Shown: positions 10,067-19,687, numbered from the stretch's first letter. The stretch is DNA of 64,000 nucleotides from Minisyncoccia bacterium (GCA_049997875.1 JBEKRC010000001.1:108609-172608); one strand, 5' to 3'. Numbers and translations are program-made. Notes: generated by a model not told the origin, from the letters alone.

Positions 10067-11911
10067 TTACCGAAAGCTGAAGCCGCTCAGCATCTCATCG
10101 TAGATGCTATTATATTTATTGAAATCACCCGTTCCAAATACCGTTATGTCAAAATCGTATAAATTTGCTCCATGTGACCATACAGTCCCGATGGAACGGC
10201 ATGGCACGAAATCCCCAGAGTTCATAATCGGACAGCCAGCGCCGCCAGAATAAACCATCTCGTCCTCGAACTGCATGGCGTTGTTCCCAGCAACGGTCGT
10301 AGTTGATTCCATAAAGGATCTTTTTAAGGCCGTGTACACTTTCTGTTTCGACGAAATGTAAGTCGCAAGCGAGACCTGATATACACTCATGGTAAATTGC
10401 GCTCCCGAACTAGCCATTTCATCATCTGTCATCCCGCTTTCTTTGAAATAGGCGCAATCTGAACACATGGTACTGCCTCCAACATATTCTATTCCGGCGG
10501 GTAACCGAATCGCATAGCCGTACTGAGAGTTCTGGTACACCATTGTTATCGATGAGACAACTTTATCCATAACCTGATTCTCCGCGCTTAGTACGTCCGG
10601 GGCTGAATTAGGGGCATTAGGGATCAGGGTCGTTGCATACGTGATGCCAATAAGAAAAACAGATCTATCGGCTTGAAAAGCGGTGAATTTTAGATTGTCT
10701 TGATTTGTAATTGATATGGCGCGGGCAGGGTACCCGGCAAAGGTCGTGGTAGTCACTTCAATAGAATTTCCGGCATTCACGTAGGACGTAAGAAGTTTTT
10801 TTACGTAGGCTACCGCATCGTCAAGATTGTTCGTTGCGGACAAGGCCTCAATCAAGAGTACGGGATCGGAAGATTTCGGGATTACTTCTGAAAAGATGTA
10901 ATTATTTTGTGAATATAGCGGGGGCAGTACCACGGAAACTGATCCCAAAGAAGACGTTGCCGAACCAAGAAAAGTGGTTTGTCCGTCCCAGATCGATTGG
11001 TCGCTAAGATCATTATCAAGTTGTTGGATAAGTGCCGCGTCAGTCTCGCGAGGACCCGACACGACTATGTGCGTATAATTTAACGTACTGACGCTCCCCT
11101 GGCCACTAATAAGTGCAGTGGATAACGGAGCGGAAAAGAAAATAATAATGATGGAAATCAGAATTGGCGCAATTAGTCCGACGATGCCACTCCCGATAAA
11201 TAGTCCTTTCCCTTTATTTGCTTGCGCGCTAGTAAGATTTGGTTTCGCTGCTCTAAGGTTTTGATAAAGCACGTAAGAATAAACAATAGCAAACGATTGA
11301 AAAAGTACATCCAACAGGGCCGTTGCCACTGAGTGTGCAACGTTTCCTACTAATATTGCGACAGGGATCTGGATCGCAACGCCCACAAGGATCGTAAATA
11401 ACATAAGGAGTACGAATCTGCCTAGAATGGCCCACCAGTACCCTTCAACATACCCACGACTTTGCACCATGGCATTCATGCCGCGCTTTCCTTCGAGTAA
11501 AAGTGCATAAGTTGAAAATGCAATCCATATCGAAAATAAAATGCCCGGGATAATGAAAACAACAAAGCCCCCCATTACGACGAAGAGTATGAGAATGCCA
11601 AGCCATACGATGGGCCACAGCAATGCCAGCGCTTTTTTATAAGATTCCCACACGCCACTTTTTTCGTGGACAGCAAAGATGATTGCCGAAGATGCGACCA
11701 ATACTAATACACATGCACAGAGGCTTATTATCAAACCTAGAACAAAACCCCCGCCGTTTAGGTTGAGGAACATGCCTCCGATGAAAATTAGCATCAGAGG
11801 CAAAACAACAATGCCCGCGATATCCCAAAAACGATCTTTGTAGATTTGCCACGACGCCCGAAATAGTGAGGAAATTGGGTCTAGGCGAGGCAAGTTTTCG
11901 GGGACATCCAT
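10067..11911 (-). CDS. multi-TM membrane protein fused to extracellular PsbP-like domains
   Basis: N-terminal ~260 aa with 6-7 TM (SRGYVEGYWWAILGR); YQNSQYGYAIRLP, TTTFAGYPA / TTTVAGNNA, YDEMLSGFSF. Confidence 0.75.
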   Translation of the reverse strand: MDVPENLPRLDPISSLFRASWQIYKDRFWDIAGIVVLPLMLIFIGGMFLNLNGGGFVLGLIISLCACVLVLVASSAIIFAVHEKSGVWESYKKALALLWPIVWLGILILFVVMGGFVVFIIPGILFSIWIAFSTYALLLEGKRGMNAMVQSRGYVEGYWWAILGRFVLLMLFTILVGVAIQIPVAILVGNVAHSVATALLDVLFQSFAIVYSYVLYQNLRAAKPNLTSAQANKGKGLFIGSGIVGLIAPILISIIIIFFSAPLSTALISGQGSVSTLNYTHIVVSGPRETDAALIQQLDNDLSDQSIWDGQTTFLGSATSSLGSVSVVLPPLYSQNNYIFSEVIPKSSDPVLLIEALSATNNLDDAVAYVKKLLTSYVNAGNSIEVTTTTFAGYPARAISITNQDNLKFTAFQADRSVFLIGITYATTLIPNAPNSAPDVLSAENQVMDKVVSSITMVYQNSQYGYAIRLPAGIEYVGGSTMCSDCAYFKESGMTDDEMASSGAQFTMSVYQVSLATYISSKQKVYTALKRSFMESTTTVAGNNAMQFEDEMVYSGGAGCPIMNSGDFVPCRSIGTVWSHGANLYDFDITVFGTGDFNKYNSIYDEMLSGFSFR

Positions 11912-12021
11912 TGCTTCTAGTATAACAAAAAATCCGGTGTCTTTTCTTTTTATAGAAGGTTCAATTCCAGTTAGGGGCTATGCTCTGCAAGCCCCATAAA
12001 ATATGACTTGAAAAATCTCCG

Positions 12022-12093
12022 GGTGCCTAACCGGGATTGAACCGGTATCGTTCCGGCCACAGCGGAAAGCTTTACCATTAAGCTATAGGCACC
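12022..12093 (-). tRNA. tRNA-His(GTG), G-1 encoded, CCA not encoded
   Basis: G-GTGCCTA...TAGGCAC-C acceptor; TTCCG-CTGTGGC-CGGAA anticodon arm; GGTTCAATCC T arm. Confidence 0.95.
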
Positions 12094-12353
12094 ATCAACT
12101 TTCTACACTCCTCATCATAATGATGTATCAGAAAATGGCAATTATGGCAAAGCCACGCCAAATCGCTTAGATTGTTGTTCTGCTTATTTTTGTCCATGTG
12201 ATGTACGGCAAGGATCCTAAAATCTTTTGTCCCACACAACTTGCAGATCGCAGCAACGCCGCCTCGTTAAATAATATTTCGATAAGAATTTTCACCGTGA
12301 ACAAATTTTGCAATTCACATACGGCATCGGAAGGAATTTTACCAAACAATCAT
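12078..12353 (-). pseudogene. HNH endonuclease pseudogene overlapping the tRNA-His 5' end
   Basis: single frame with 3 internal stops: ...RGGVAAICKLCGTKDFRILAVHHMDKNKQNNNLSDLAWLCHNCHFLIHHYDEECRKLMVPIA*. Confidence 0.82.
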
Positions 12354-12387
12354 TAAAAAAATATAAAATTTGTTATAATTAGTAGGC

Positions 12388-13002
12388 GTGAGTACTCTTG
12401 TCGCCGATATAGGGCTTCTCGCAAGCCAAAACCTCTTTTTGGCTTATTTTATTATCTACATCGCGACGATCTTCCTTGGGAACATTTCCGCATTCGCAAG
12501 CTTCTGGATCGTCTTCCAGGGATATTTCGGCATGTGGGGCGTTCCATTCCTTATTCTCACGATTTTCCTTGCCGATGTAACCGGCGACCTCCTTTGGTAT
12601 GCCTTGGGACGCGCGACGCGCGACACGAAGTTCGGGCGCTGGATCAAGCACCGCCTGCCATCATGGCACGGGAGAGTAGAAAGGGCATTTGAACGCAACG
12701 GCAAGCGGTGGATCATTCTGTCAAAATTTTTCTATGCATCGGCGTTCCCCGTCATCTTTTCCGCAGGGTGGAGCAGGATGGAATTCAAGAAATTCTTCCA
12801 CAATTCGGTGCTCTCCGTCGTGATCTGGCTTCCCATCCTCCTCGGCCTTTCCTACGGCCTCATCTCCGGCCTCGCGCCGCTCCGCGCCGTCGCCATATTC
12901 CGCAACTTTGAACTCGCCTTCTTCATCGGCCTTGTTCTCTTCCTTCTCTTGGATTATTTCATCGCGAAGTTCATCGAGAAGGCGTTCCGCAGGGAGGATT
13001 GA
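12388..13002 (+). CDS. DedA/VTT-family membrane protein
   Basis: GDLLWYALGR, WIILSKF, AGWSRMEFKKF pattern. Confidence 0.85.
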   Translation: MSTLVADIGLLASQNLFLAYFIIYIATIFLGNISAFASFWIVFQGYFGMWGVPFLILTIFLADVTGDLLWYALGRATRDTKFGRWIKHRLPSWHGRVERAFERNGKRWIILSKFFYASAFPVIFSAGWSRMEFKKFFHNSVLSVVIWLPILLGLSYGLISGLAPLRAVAIFRNFELAFFIGLVLFLLLDYFIAKFIEKAFRRED

Positions 13003-13035
13003 TTCCCACGGCCCTTTCTTTTATAATTTTCACGC

Positions 13036-14865
13036 ATGTCCAATCTCACCAAAAACATCCTCTGGGCGATCCTCACGCTCGTCGTGATCGCACTACTCTT
13101 CTCGCTGTTTGCTGGTTCGGGAACATCGCCGCAAACTTTGAGTTTGAACCAACTCGTGGACAAGATCAACGCAGGGCAGGTCACGAAGGTCATCGTGAAC
13201 GGCAACGACCTTACGGTAACACTTAAAGACGGCAGCACCGCTGCCTCCAAGAAGGAAAGCGAATCCGGCATCTCGGAGACCCTGAAGAATCTTGGCGTTG
13301 CCCCGCAGGCGCTCCAAAACGTTGACCTTGAAGTGCAGGATCAGTCGGGCTGGCAGTTCTGGGCGGGTATTCTGATCCCCACCCTCCTGCCGCTGCTCGC
13401 CATCGGCTTTATTTTCTGGCTCATGTTCCGGCAGGCGCGTACGGGCGTGAATCAAGCGTTCAACTTCGGACGCTCCAACCTTCGTCTTTCCACCTTCAAA
13501 GACAAAGTCATGTTCAAAAATGTCGCGGGGCTCAAGGAGGCGAAAGAGGAACTTATTGAGGTGGTTGATTTCTTAAAAAATCCTAAAAAGTTTCTTGACT
13601 TGGGCGCGCGGATCCCCCGCGGCATATTGCTCATGGGGCTGCCGGGAACCGGAAAGACATTGGTGGCGCGTGCCGTCGCGGGCGAGAGCGGCGTGCCGTT
13701 TTTTTACATTTCCGCATCGGAATTCGTGGAGATGTTCGTGGGCGTGGGCGCCTCGCGCACCCGCGATGCCTTTATGACGGCCAAACGGGCGGCTCCCGCG
13801 ATTCTCTTTATTGATGAAATCGACGCGGTCGGCCGCCAGCGCGGTGCGGGCCTCGGCGGCGGCAACGACGAGCGGGAGCAGACGCTCAATCAAATTCTTG
13901 TTGAGATGGACGGGTTTGACCGCGATACGCGCGTGATCGTCCTTGCCGCCACGAACCGGCCGGACATTTTGGATCCGGCGCTCCTCCGTCCCGGCCGTTT
14001 TGACCGCCGCGTTATCCTCGATCTCCCCGATCTCAATGACCGCGAGGCGATCCTCAAGATCCACTCGGAAGGAAAAGTATTGGACAAGAACATTGACCTC
14101 CGCAAGGTCGCCATCCGCACGCCCGGCTTCTCCGGCGCGGACCTTGCGAACCTCATGAACGAGTCCGCGATTATAGCCGCGCGCACCAATAAAAAAGCTA
14201 TCGGACAGAACGATCTCTTTGAAGCAGGGGAAAAGGTAATCCTTGGCCCCGAACGGAGAAGCCGCGTGATCTCGCAAAAAGAAAAGGAGATCACTGCCTA
14301 CCATGAAGGTGGCCACGCGCTCGTCGCGGCCGCGATGAAGAACGCCGACCCGGTGCAAAAGGTTTCCATCATCAGCCGCGGATTTGCGGGCGGCTACACG
14401 ATGAAGCTCCCCATCGAGGACCAACACTTGAAGACGCGCAGCCAATTCCTTGCCGATCTCGCCATGATGATGGGCGGATACGCGTCGGAGAAGCTTACGT
14501 TCGGCGACGTCTCCACGGGCGCCTCCAATGACCTTAAAGAGGCCTCCGATCTCGCGCGGCGGCTCGTCACAAAATACGGCATGAGCGAGCTCGGACCCAT
14601 GACGTTCGGTAAAGCCGAAGAGCTCATCTTCCTTGGCCGCGAAATCGCCACCGAAAAAAATTATTCCGAAAAGGTGGCGGCCGAAATTGACGCGCAGGTG
14701 CACGGCTTCATCTCTCATGCATACGCAACGGCGGAGAAAATCCTCAAGGCACACAAGCCTGCGCTCAAAAAGATCGCGGATACGCTTATGCAAAAGGAAA
14801 CGCTGGAACAGGACGAATTCTATAACCTTTTGAAGCCATTCAAGATCAAGCCGATCAGTGCATAA
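13036..14865 (+). CDS. ftsH: ATP-dependent zinc metalloprotease FtsH
   Basis: 2 [28 protein letters not shown]. Confidence 0.98.
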   Translation: MSNLTKNILWAILTLVVIALLFSLFAGSGTSPQTLSLNQLVDKINAGQVTKVIVNGNDLTVTLKDGSTAASKKESESGISETLKNLGVAPQALQNVDLEVQDQSGWQFWAGILIPTLLPLLAIGFIFWLMFRQARTGVNQAFNFGRSNLRLSTFKDKVMFKNVAGLKEAKEELIEVVDFLKNPKKFLDLGARIPRGILLMGLPGTGKTLVARAVAGESGVPFFYISASEFVEMFVGVGASRTRDAFMTAKRAAPAILFIDEIDAVGRQRGAGLGGGNDEREQTLNQILVEMDGFDRDTRVIVLAATNRPDILDPALLRPGRFDRRVILDLPDLNDREAILKIHSEGKVLDKNIDLRKVAIRTPGFSGADLANLMNESAIIAARTNKKAIGQNDLFEAGEKVILGPERRSRVISQKEKEITAYHEGGHALVAAAMKNADPVQKVSIISRGFAGGYTMKLPIEDQHLKTRSQFLADLAMMMGGYASEKLTFGDVSTGASNDLKEASDLARRLVTKYGMSELGPMTFGKAEELIFLGREIATEKNYSEKVAAEIDAQVHGFISHAYATAEKILKAHKPALKKIADTLMQKETLEQDEFYNLLKPFKIKPISA

Positions 14866-14920
14866 CCCTATTTGGTATAATATTCATAAAGGCCGAAAAT
14901 AATCACTCTCCCTTATTATC

Positions 14921-15088
14921 ATGTGGAAGCAATGGGTTAATGTTGTGTTGGGAATTCTCGTCATCCTGTTCGCATATATGGGAACAGGCGGCACGTGGGT
15001 GGCCATTGCGGGACTTCTTGTGGCCGTCCTTGCGCTCTGGGCTGCGCTTGAAAAGAAAGGCGGTCCGGCTGGCGGAGCCAAGATGTAA
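14921..15088 (+). CDS. small membrane protein (SPW-repeat-like, 55 aa)
   Basis: MWKQWVNVVLGILVILFAYMG...AGLLVAVLALWAAL; not in the ORF track. Confidence 0.75.
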   Translation: MWKQWVNVVLGILVILFAYMGTGGTWVAIAGLLVAVLALWAALEKKGGPAGGAKM

Positions 15089-15098
15089 CGCTATTCGC

Positions 15099-15162
15099 AG
15101 AAATAGAAAGCTCCTTCCAGCTCGCGCGCAGACGAGTTCGCTGGAAGGAGCTTTCTATTTCT
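15099..15162. terminator. 23-bp perfect inverted repeat between convergent genes (bidirectional terminator-like)
   Basis: AGAAATAGAAAGCTCCTTCCAGC ... GCTGGAAGGAGCTTTCTATTTCT. Confidence 0.75.
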
Positions 15163-15182
15163 ACTGCCCGTATTGATGGCGG

Positions 15183-15710
15183 TTAAAACTCCACCGTGAA
15201 CTTCGCGCGCTCGCCCTTCGCGAACGGGTGCTTTATTTCCTTCATCTCGGTCGCGAGGTCGGCGGCATCAATGAATTCTTTGGGAGCGCCGCGCCCGCTC
15301 AATATCAAAATTTTGTCTTCCGGAAAATCTTTTATTGCCGCGAGCACTTCTCCCGCCGCAAGAAGCCCGAGCGATGCCGCGACGTTCACCTCGTCCAGCG
15401 CGATAAGATGCCACCTGCCGGATTGTTTTTCTTCAATGAAAGTGTTGAGTGCGTTCCGCGCCGCCTCCTTGTGCTTTTCAATCGGCAGCTTGTCACCAGA
15501 GATCCCCACGAACCCCAGCCCCATTTTCCGTATTTCAAATTTCTCCTTCGGGATGCCGAGCAGCTTTGTAAATTCATCCTCGCCCGAAATCCACGGCCCC
15601 TTGATGAACTGGATCATAAGCGCCGGTTTCCCGCGCCCCGCGACGCGCACCATCTGGCCAAGCGACGCCGTCGTTTTCCCTTTCCCGTCCCCCGTGAAAA
15701 CGATGATCAT
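15183..15710 (-). CDS. cobO: corrinoid adenosyltransferase (CobO/BtuR family)
   Basis: IIVFTGDGKGKTTASLG, QFIKG, LDEVN, LSGRGAP, MKEIKHPF. Confidence 0.93.
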   Translation of the reverse strand: MIIVFTGDGKGKTTASLGQMVRVAGRGKPALMIQFIKGPWISGEDEFTKLLGIPKEKFEIRKMGLGFVGISGDKLPIEKHKEAARNALNTFIEEKQSGRWHLIALDEVNVAASLGLLAAGEVLAAIKDFPEDKILILSGRGAPKEFIDAADLATEMKEIKHPFAKGERAKFTVEF

Positions 15711-15711
15711 G

Positions 15712-15783
15712 TGGGCATACCAGGATTCGAACCTGGAACCGGACGTGTATAAGACGTCTGCTCTGCCGTTGAGCTATATGCCC
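15712..15783 (-). tRNA. tRNA-Ile(TAT), CCA not encoded
   Basis: GGGCATA/TATGCCC-A acceptor; GACGT-CT TAT AC-ACGTC anticodon arm; GGTTCGAATCC. Confidence 0.93.
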
Positions 15784-16376
15784 TACTTCCCTACTATAGT
15801 ATCAAACCGATCCATCGCTTGCCCCGCCTGCGCGTTGAAATTATTGATCGCGTTCACGTCGGTGTTGATCTGGTTCACAAGCGCCTGCACCTCGACATTC
15901 GTGCCGCCTCTGCCCGTAAACCGATCCTGCAATATCTGGAGCAACCGGCCAAGATCGCCGCTGTAATTGATGAGTTGATTGATGAGCGCGAGGCGATTAG
16001 AGATTGACTCCAGCGCCGCCTGCCGCGCGTTGAAGTCGGAGATGTCGGAGAGTGCCTTCGTCATTTCCTCAATCTGCCCCGAAAGCTCCACCGCCTGGTC
16101 GCGGATCTCCTGACTTTGGGTAACAAGTCCCGTCGTAAGCGTGAGCGCGTTCGCATAGTCCTGTTTTTCGTCCATCGTGTTCACTTGTTCAAGGGTCGCG
16201 GTGGACTGGTTGGAAAGGTTCACGATGTTCTGCGCAATGATGGCGCCCTGTGTCCGCGCATTGACGAAATTCTGCGGTACGGCGCCGCTCCCCTGCACAA
16301 ACCTCGCGACGGCATACCCGATCGCCACGATGGCAACAAAACCTAAAACGATCTTGGTCTTGCGGGAGCTCCACAT
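15783..16376 (-). CDS. hypothetical membrane-anchored helical-bundle protein
   Basis: N-terminal TM then amphipathic helices; its stop codon overlaps tRNA G1. Confidence 0.8.
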   Translation of the reverse strand: MWSSRKTKIVLGFVAIVAIGYAVARFVQGSGAVPQNFVNARTQGAIIAQNIVNLSNQSTATLEQVNTMDEKQDYANALTLTTGLVTQSQEIRDQAVELSGQIEEMTKALSDISDFNARQAALESISNRLALINQLINYSGDLGRLLQILQDRFTGRGGTNVEVQALVNQINTDVNAINNFNAQAGQAMDRFDTIVGK

Positions 16377-16504
16377 TTTATTACAATGTATTCTACGGAA
16401 AAAGTTTGAAAAACGCAAGGTAGAATGCTACATTATTATTACGTTTCCGGCGCGTTATAGTTGCAACGAGTATTGTGACAAGGCACCCGGGAACAGCGCG
16501 CGGT

Positions 16505-16575
16505 GCGGGTATCGTATAATGGCATTACCTCAGCTTTCCAAGCTGATGACAGGGGTTCGATTCCCCTTACCCGCT
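16505..16575 (+). tRNA. tRNA-Gly(TCC), CCA not encoded
   Basis: GCGGGTA/TACCCGC-T; TCAGC-TT TCC AA-GCTGA; GGTTCGATTCC. Confidence 0.95.
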
Positions 16576-16789
16576 CAATTTCAAGGGCTATGCGGTGGAA
16601 AGATTTTTGAGCAAGATAGATTTTATCGAGTTTGTTTTTATCCGGGCGCATTCCACTTATGGTGACAGGGCAAGGGGATGACGATGGAAAGTATTATTTG
16701 AGTTACCCCCATCGTCCAGTCGCCGGAGTGATCCATTCATGGAAACGCCGGATTTGACGTTAAGGTTTAGTCCCTGCTAAATTGAACTT

Positions 16790-17374
16790 GTGCGCAAAAT
16801 TACCACAAGGAAATTCATCGTTTTCAAGAAGCCCAGTCTCCGCACACCGATTTTAAAGGAATTGAGAGAGCGTTTCAGCCCAAGATATTTTAGCGTGGGA
16901 CACATAAGCGACAAAACGCTCCGCTCGATTTTTGAGGCAGCTCGCTGGGCGCCATCAGGGTACAATCATCAACCTTGGTTTTTTTATTGGACGCGGAAGG
17001 GCAGCCTTGCGCATAAAAAAATAGTTTCCTGTTTGCCCGAACGCAATCATTGGGCGAAAACAGCTCCGGTATTTATAGTTTCATGCTATCTACCGAAATC
17101 CGAGCGTGGAACGAACCGATATGCGAGACACGACCTTGGAGGAGCAGTAATGTCGATGATCATTCAGGCGCAATCACGCGACATCTATGCACGACAAATA
17201 GGAATCTTTAACGAGCCGAAGCTCAGAAAATTACTTCGCATTCCCAAGGAACACCTCCCATTCGTAATTATCGCAATGGGAAAGTTGGGCAATTACTCAA
17301 CTATCGACAAGACACTACTGAAGCGAGAGCTACAGAAGAGAACTCGAAAGGCGGTTATTGCAAGAAAGATATAG
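16790..17374 (+). CDS. nitroreductase family protein
   Basis: ERFSPRYF, EAARWAPSGYNHQPWFF, HDLGGA; start uncertain. Confidence 0.9.
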   Translation: MRKITTRKFIVFKKPSLRTPILKELRERFSPRYFSVGHISDKTLRSIFEAARWAPSGYNHQPWFFYWTRKGSLAHKKIVSCLPERNHWAKTAPVFIVSCYLPKSERGTNRYARHDLGGAVMSMIIQAQSRDIYARQIGIFNEPKLRKLLRIPKEHLPFVIIAMGKLGNYSTIDKTLLKRELQKRTRKAVIARKI

Positions 17375-17545
17375 GTATGAGATTGGCAATGAAAGGTGAT
17401 GATTTTGGGCGAGACAAGAGATTTTAACATCGTCCAAGCCTGGGGAGTGAAAAGTGAGAGTTGCTTGACACAAAAACTTGTCGGTACTACCCTCTTCCTA
17501 GGATTCCAGTAACATTCAAAGTCCGTGCAGAGGAGGTGTAATCCA

Positions 17546-17767
17546 GTGGATATTCCAAAAGACAAAACGTACCCCATTGATAGTGTCCAATGCAATAAGT
17601 GTGGAGGGCTTGGCTGTGAGGCGTGCGAAGATCGTGGGTGGCTGACTCCCCGAAGCAATCCGGGAGGGCGGCGATGCGAAAATCAGAACTGCAGACAACC
17701 GCTCCCTCCGTCACACGTTGCCGTCTACTGCTCTAATGAATGTGCCTTCGCCGATGCCCTTAACTAA
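17546..17767 (+). CDS. small Cys-rich zinc-finger-like protein
   Basis: AGGAGGT SD then GTG; CNKCGGLGCEAC and CENQNC...YCSNEC. Confidence 0.7.
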   Translation: MDIPKDKTYPIDSVQCNKCGGLGCEACEDRGWLTPRSNPGGRRCENQNCRQPLPPSHVAVYCSNECAFADALN

Positions 17768-17793
17768 GACGGAGAAGAAGGAGGAATAATTGC

Positions 17794-18096
17794 ATGGAAC
17801 CAGGCACTGAAACCGGAAAAAGTATCACGCTCAGCCTTACTTTCTCCCCCGAGGGATACCGCGAGTTGCAAGAACTCCAGAACGTCACGGGGCTTCCCAC
17901 AAGGGCGTTGTTATTCAGGCACGCATTGCGATGGCTCCAATGGACTTGCGAGGAAGTCATAACCAAGGAAGGGAAAATCCTTCTCCAACGGGAAGGAGAA
18001 GAAGACCCAGTAGAGGTCGTGTTTCCCCCCTGGCTCAACATTGATCCTCAAGACCTCGAACGACTACTTGTCGATGAGCCGCCCTCTCCTCCGTAG
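17794..18096 (+). CDS. ribbon-helix-helix-like DNA-binding protein
   Basis: AAGGAGG SD; ITLSLTF strand + ELQELQ helix + TRALLFRHAL helix. Confidence 0.65.
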   Translation: MEPGTETGKSITLSLTFSPEGYRELQELQNVTGLPTRALLFRHALRWLQWTCEEVITKEGKILLQREGEEDPVEVVFPPWLNIDPQDLERLLVDEPPSPP

Positions 18097-18461
18097 AAGG
18101 CGGCTTTTCCATTAATCAAACAGGTTTTCATACTGTCCAGCCACCAGATCATTTTTATCCTCAACATTTCTCGGTCATTAAATCCGGGATCGCAAATTTG
18201 CTGCCTTTTTCTCCGAAAAAGGACCCTGATATCAGATACCAACCCGCTCCAATTGTATAAAAATAAAACAGCACCCGACACAAAGTGGGGTGCATGTTCT
18301 AATTTCGCTCGATATGCCCGAGCATGAGCAAGTTGGCGCTATGCCAACGGTTCCGGCGGAAGCCGGAGAAAAAAACCTTTCGTACATGCCAAACTACCGC
18401 ATTTAGTTTAGCACGCTACGCCGTCCCGCCGGCTTATATTGTGGACAATCTCTGGACAACG

Positions 18462-19643
18462 TCAGATCTTGATGCGAATAAAGTGCCGTTTTCCTACCCT
18501 AACCGCTTCCCCACCCTTTAACGTGAGTTCCTCTTGTGGGTTCTTGATAACTTTTCCGCCAACCTCAAATCCCCCTTGTTCAATCAACCGCCGCGCCTCG
18601 CCTTTACTTTTCATCACCCCGGAAGCAACCACAAGATCAAGCGCCAAAATTTTTGCTCTTTTTATTTTCAACTCCGGGACGTCGTCCGGGATCTCTTTTT
18701 TGGAGAATGTCCTGTCAAAATATTCTTGCGCCGCCGCCGCCTGTTTTTCTCCGTGGTAGAGTTTCACGATCTCAAGCGCGAGCCGCTCCTTGAGTGCTTT
18801 TGGTTTTAGCGTTTTCTTTAGTTTTCCAATTTCATCTTCCGAAAGTCCGGTACAAAACATAAAATATTTCGTAACGAGCGAATCGGGCAATGACATTGTC
18901 TTCCCAAACATGTCCGCTGGCACGTCATCCAGGCCAATGTAATTCCCATAGGTTTTTGACATTTTCTTCTTTCCGTCAAGCCCCTCAAGCAGCGGCACGG
19001 TCAGAATATCCTGCTCGGGCATGCCGAAGCGCTTCTGCACCTGCCGCCCCATAAGCAGATTGAAAAGCTGGTCCACTCCGCCGAGCTCAACGTCCGCCTT
19101 CACCTGCACGGAATCGTACCCCTGGAGAAGCGGGTAGAGCATTTCCAACATGGTTACGTCAATATTCTCCGCGAGGCGCTTTTTGAAATCGGCGCGGCGG
19201 AGAACCTGCTGGATGCTTGCGATGGCCGCAAGCTGCATGATCTCCGGAAGCCCCATATGGCCGAACCATTCGTTATTATGAAAAATTTCCGCTTTTTTCA
19301 TATTAATCACTTTTCCCGCATGGCGGAGATATTCTTTTTCGTTATGTTTCACCTCTGCGGACGAAAGCATCTTTCGCGTCTCTGAACGGCCCGAAGGGTC
19401 GCCGACTTGCGCGGTGAAATCACCGATGATAAGCACCACCGTGTGCCCCAAATCCTGGAACGCGCGAAGTTTTCGCAAGACGACCGCGTGGCCCAAGTGT
19501 AGGTCGGGCGAGGTCGGATCAATACCAAGCTTCACGCGCAGCTTTTTTCCAGACGCGAGCGCGGCGCGAAGGTGATTTTTTTTAATCACATCTTCCACAT
19601 CGCGCGAAAGGAGTTCTTTGATTTTCTCATCCGTGCCGCTCAT
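18462..19643 (-). CDS. tyrS: tyrosine--tRNA ligase
   Basis: GIDPTSPDLHLGH, KMSKT, C-terminal S4 domain. Confidence 0.98.
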   Translation of the reverse strand: MSGTDEKIKELLSRDVEDVIKKNHLRAALASGKKLRVKLGIDPTSPDLHLGHAVVLRKLRAFQDLGHTVVLIIGDFTAQVGDPSGRSETRKMLSSAEVKHNEKEYLRHAGKVINMKKAEIFHNNEWFGHMGLPEIMQLAAIASIQQVLRRADFKKRLAENIDVTMLEMLYPLLQGYDSVQVKADVELGGVDQLFNLLMGRQVQKRFGMPEQDILTVPLLEGLDGKKKMSKTYGNYIGLDDVPADMFGKTMSLPDSLVTKYFMFCTGLSEDEIGKLKKTLKPKALKERLALEIVKLYHGEKQAAAAQEYFDRTFSKKEIPDDVPELKIKRAKILALDLVVASGVMKSKGEARRLIEQGGFEVGGKVIKNPQEELTLKGGEAVRVGKRHFIRIKI

Positions 19644-19687
19644 TACAAAAACTTTACCACGAAAACGCTTCTGTTAAAATCTAACGT

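Noticed and set aside
12078-12353. Stop-codon recoding (code 25) rescuing the HNH frame
   Set aside because: Two of the three stops are TAA, and TGA terminates clear genes such as dcd, dnaA and pyrG
16444-16500. Possible structured leader before tRNA-Gly
   Set aside because: Only short, mutually competing stems; too weak without covariation data
16576-16785. Possible gene remnant after tRNA-Gly
   Set aside because: All frames are interrupted and no motif was recognisable
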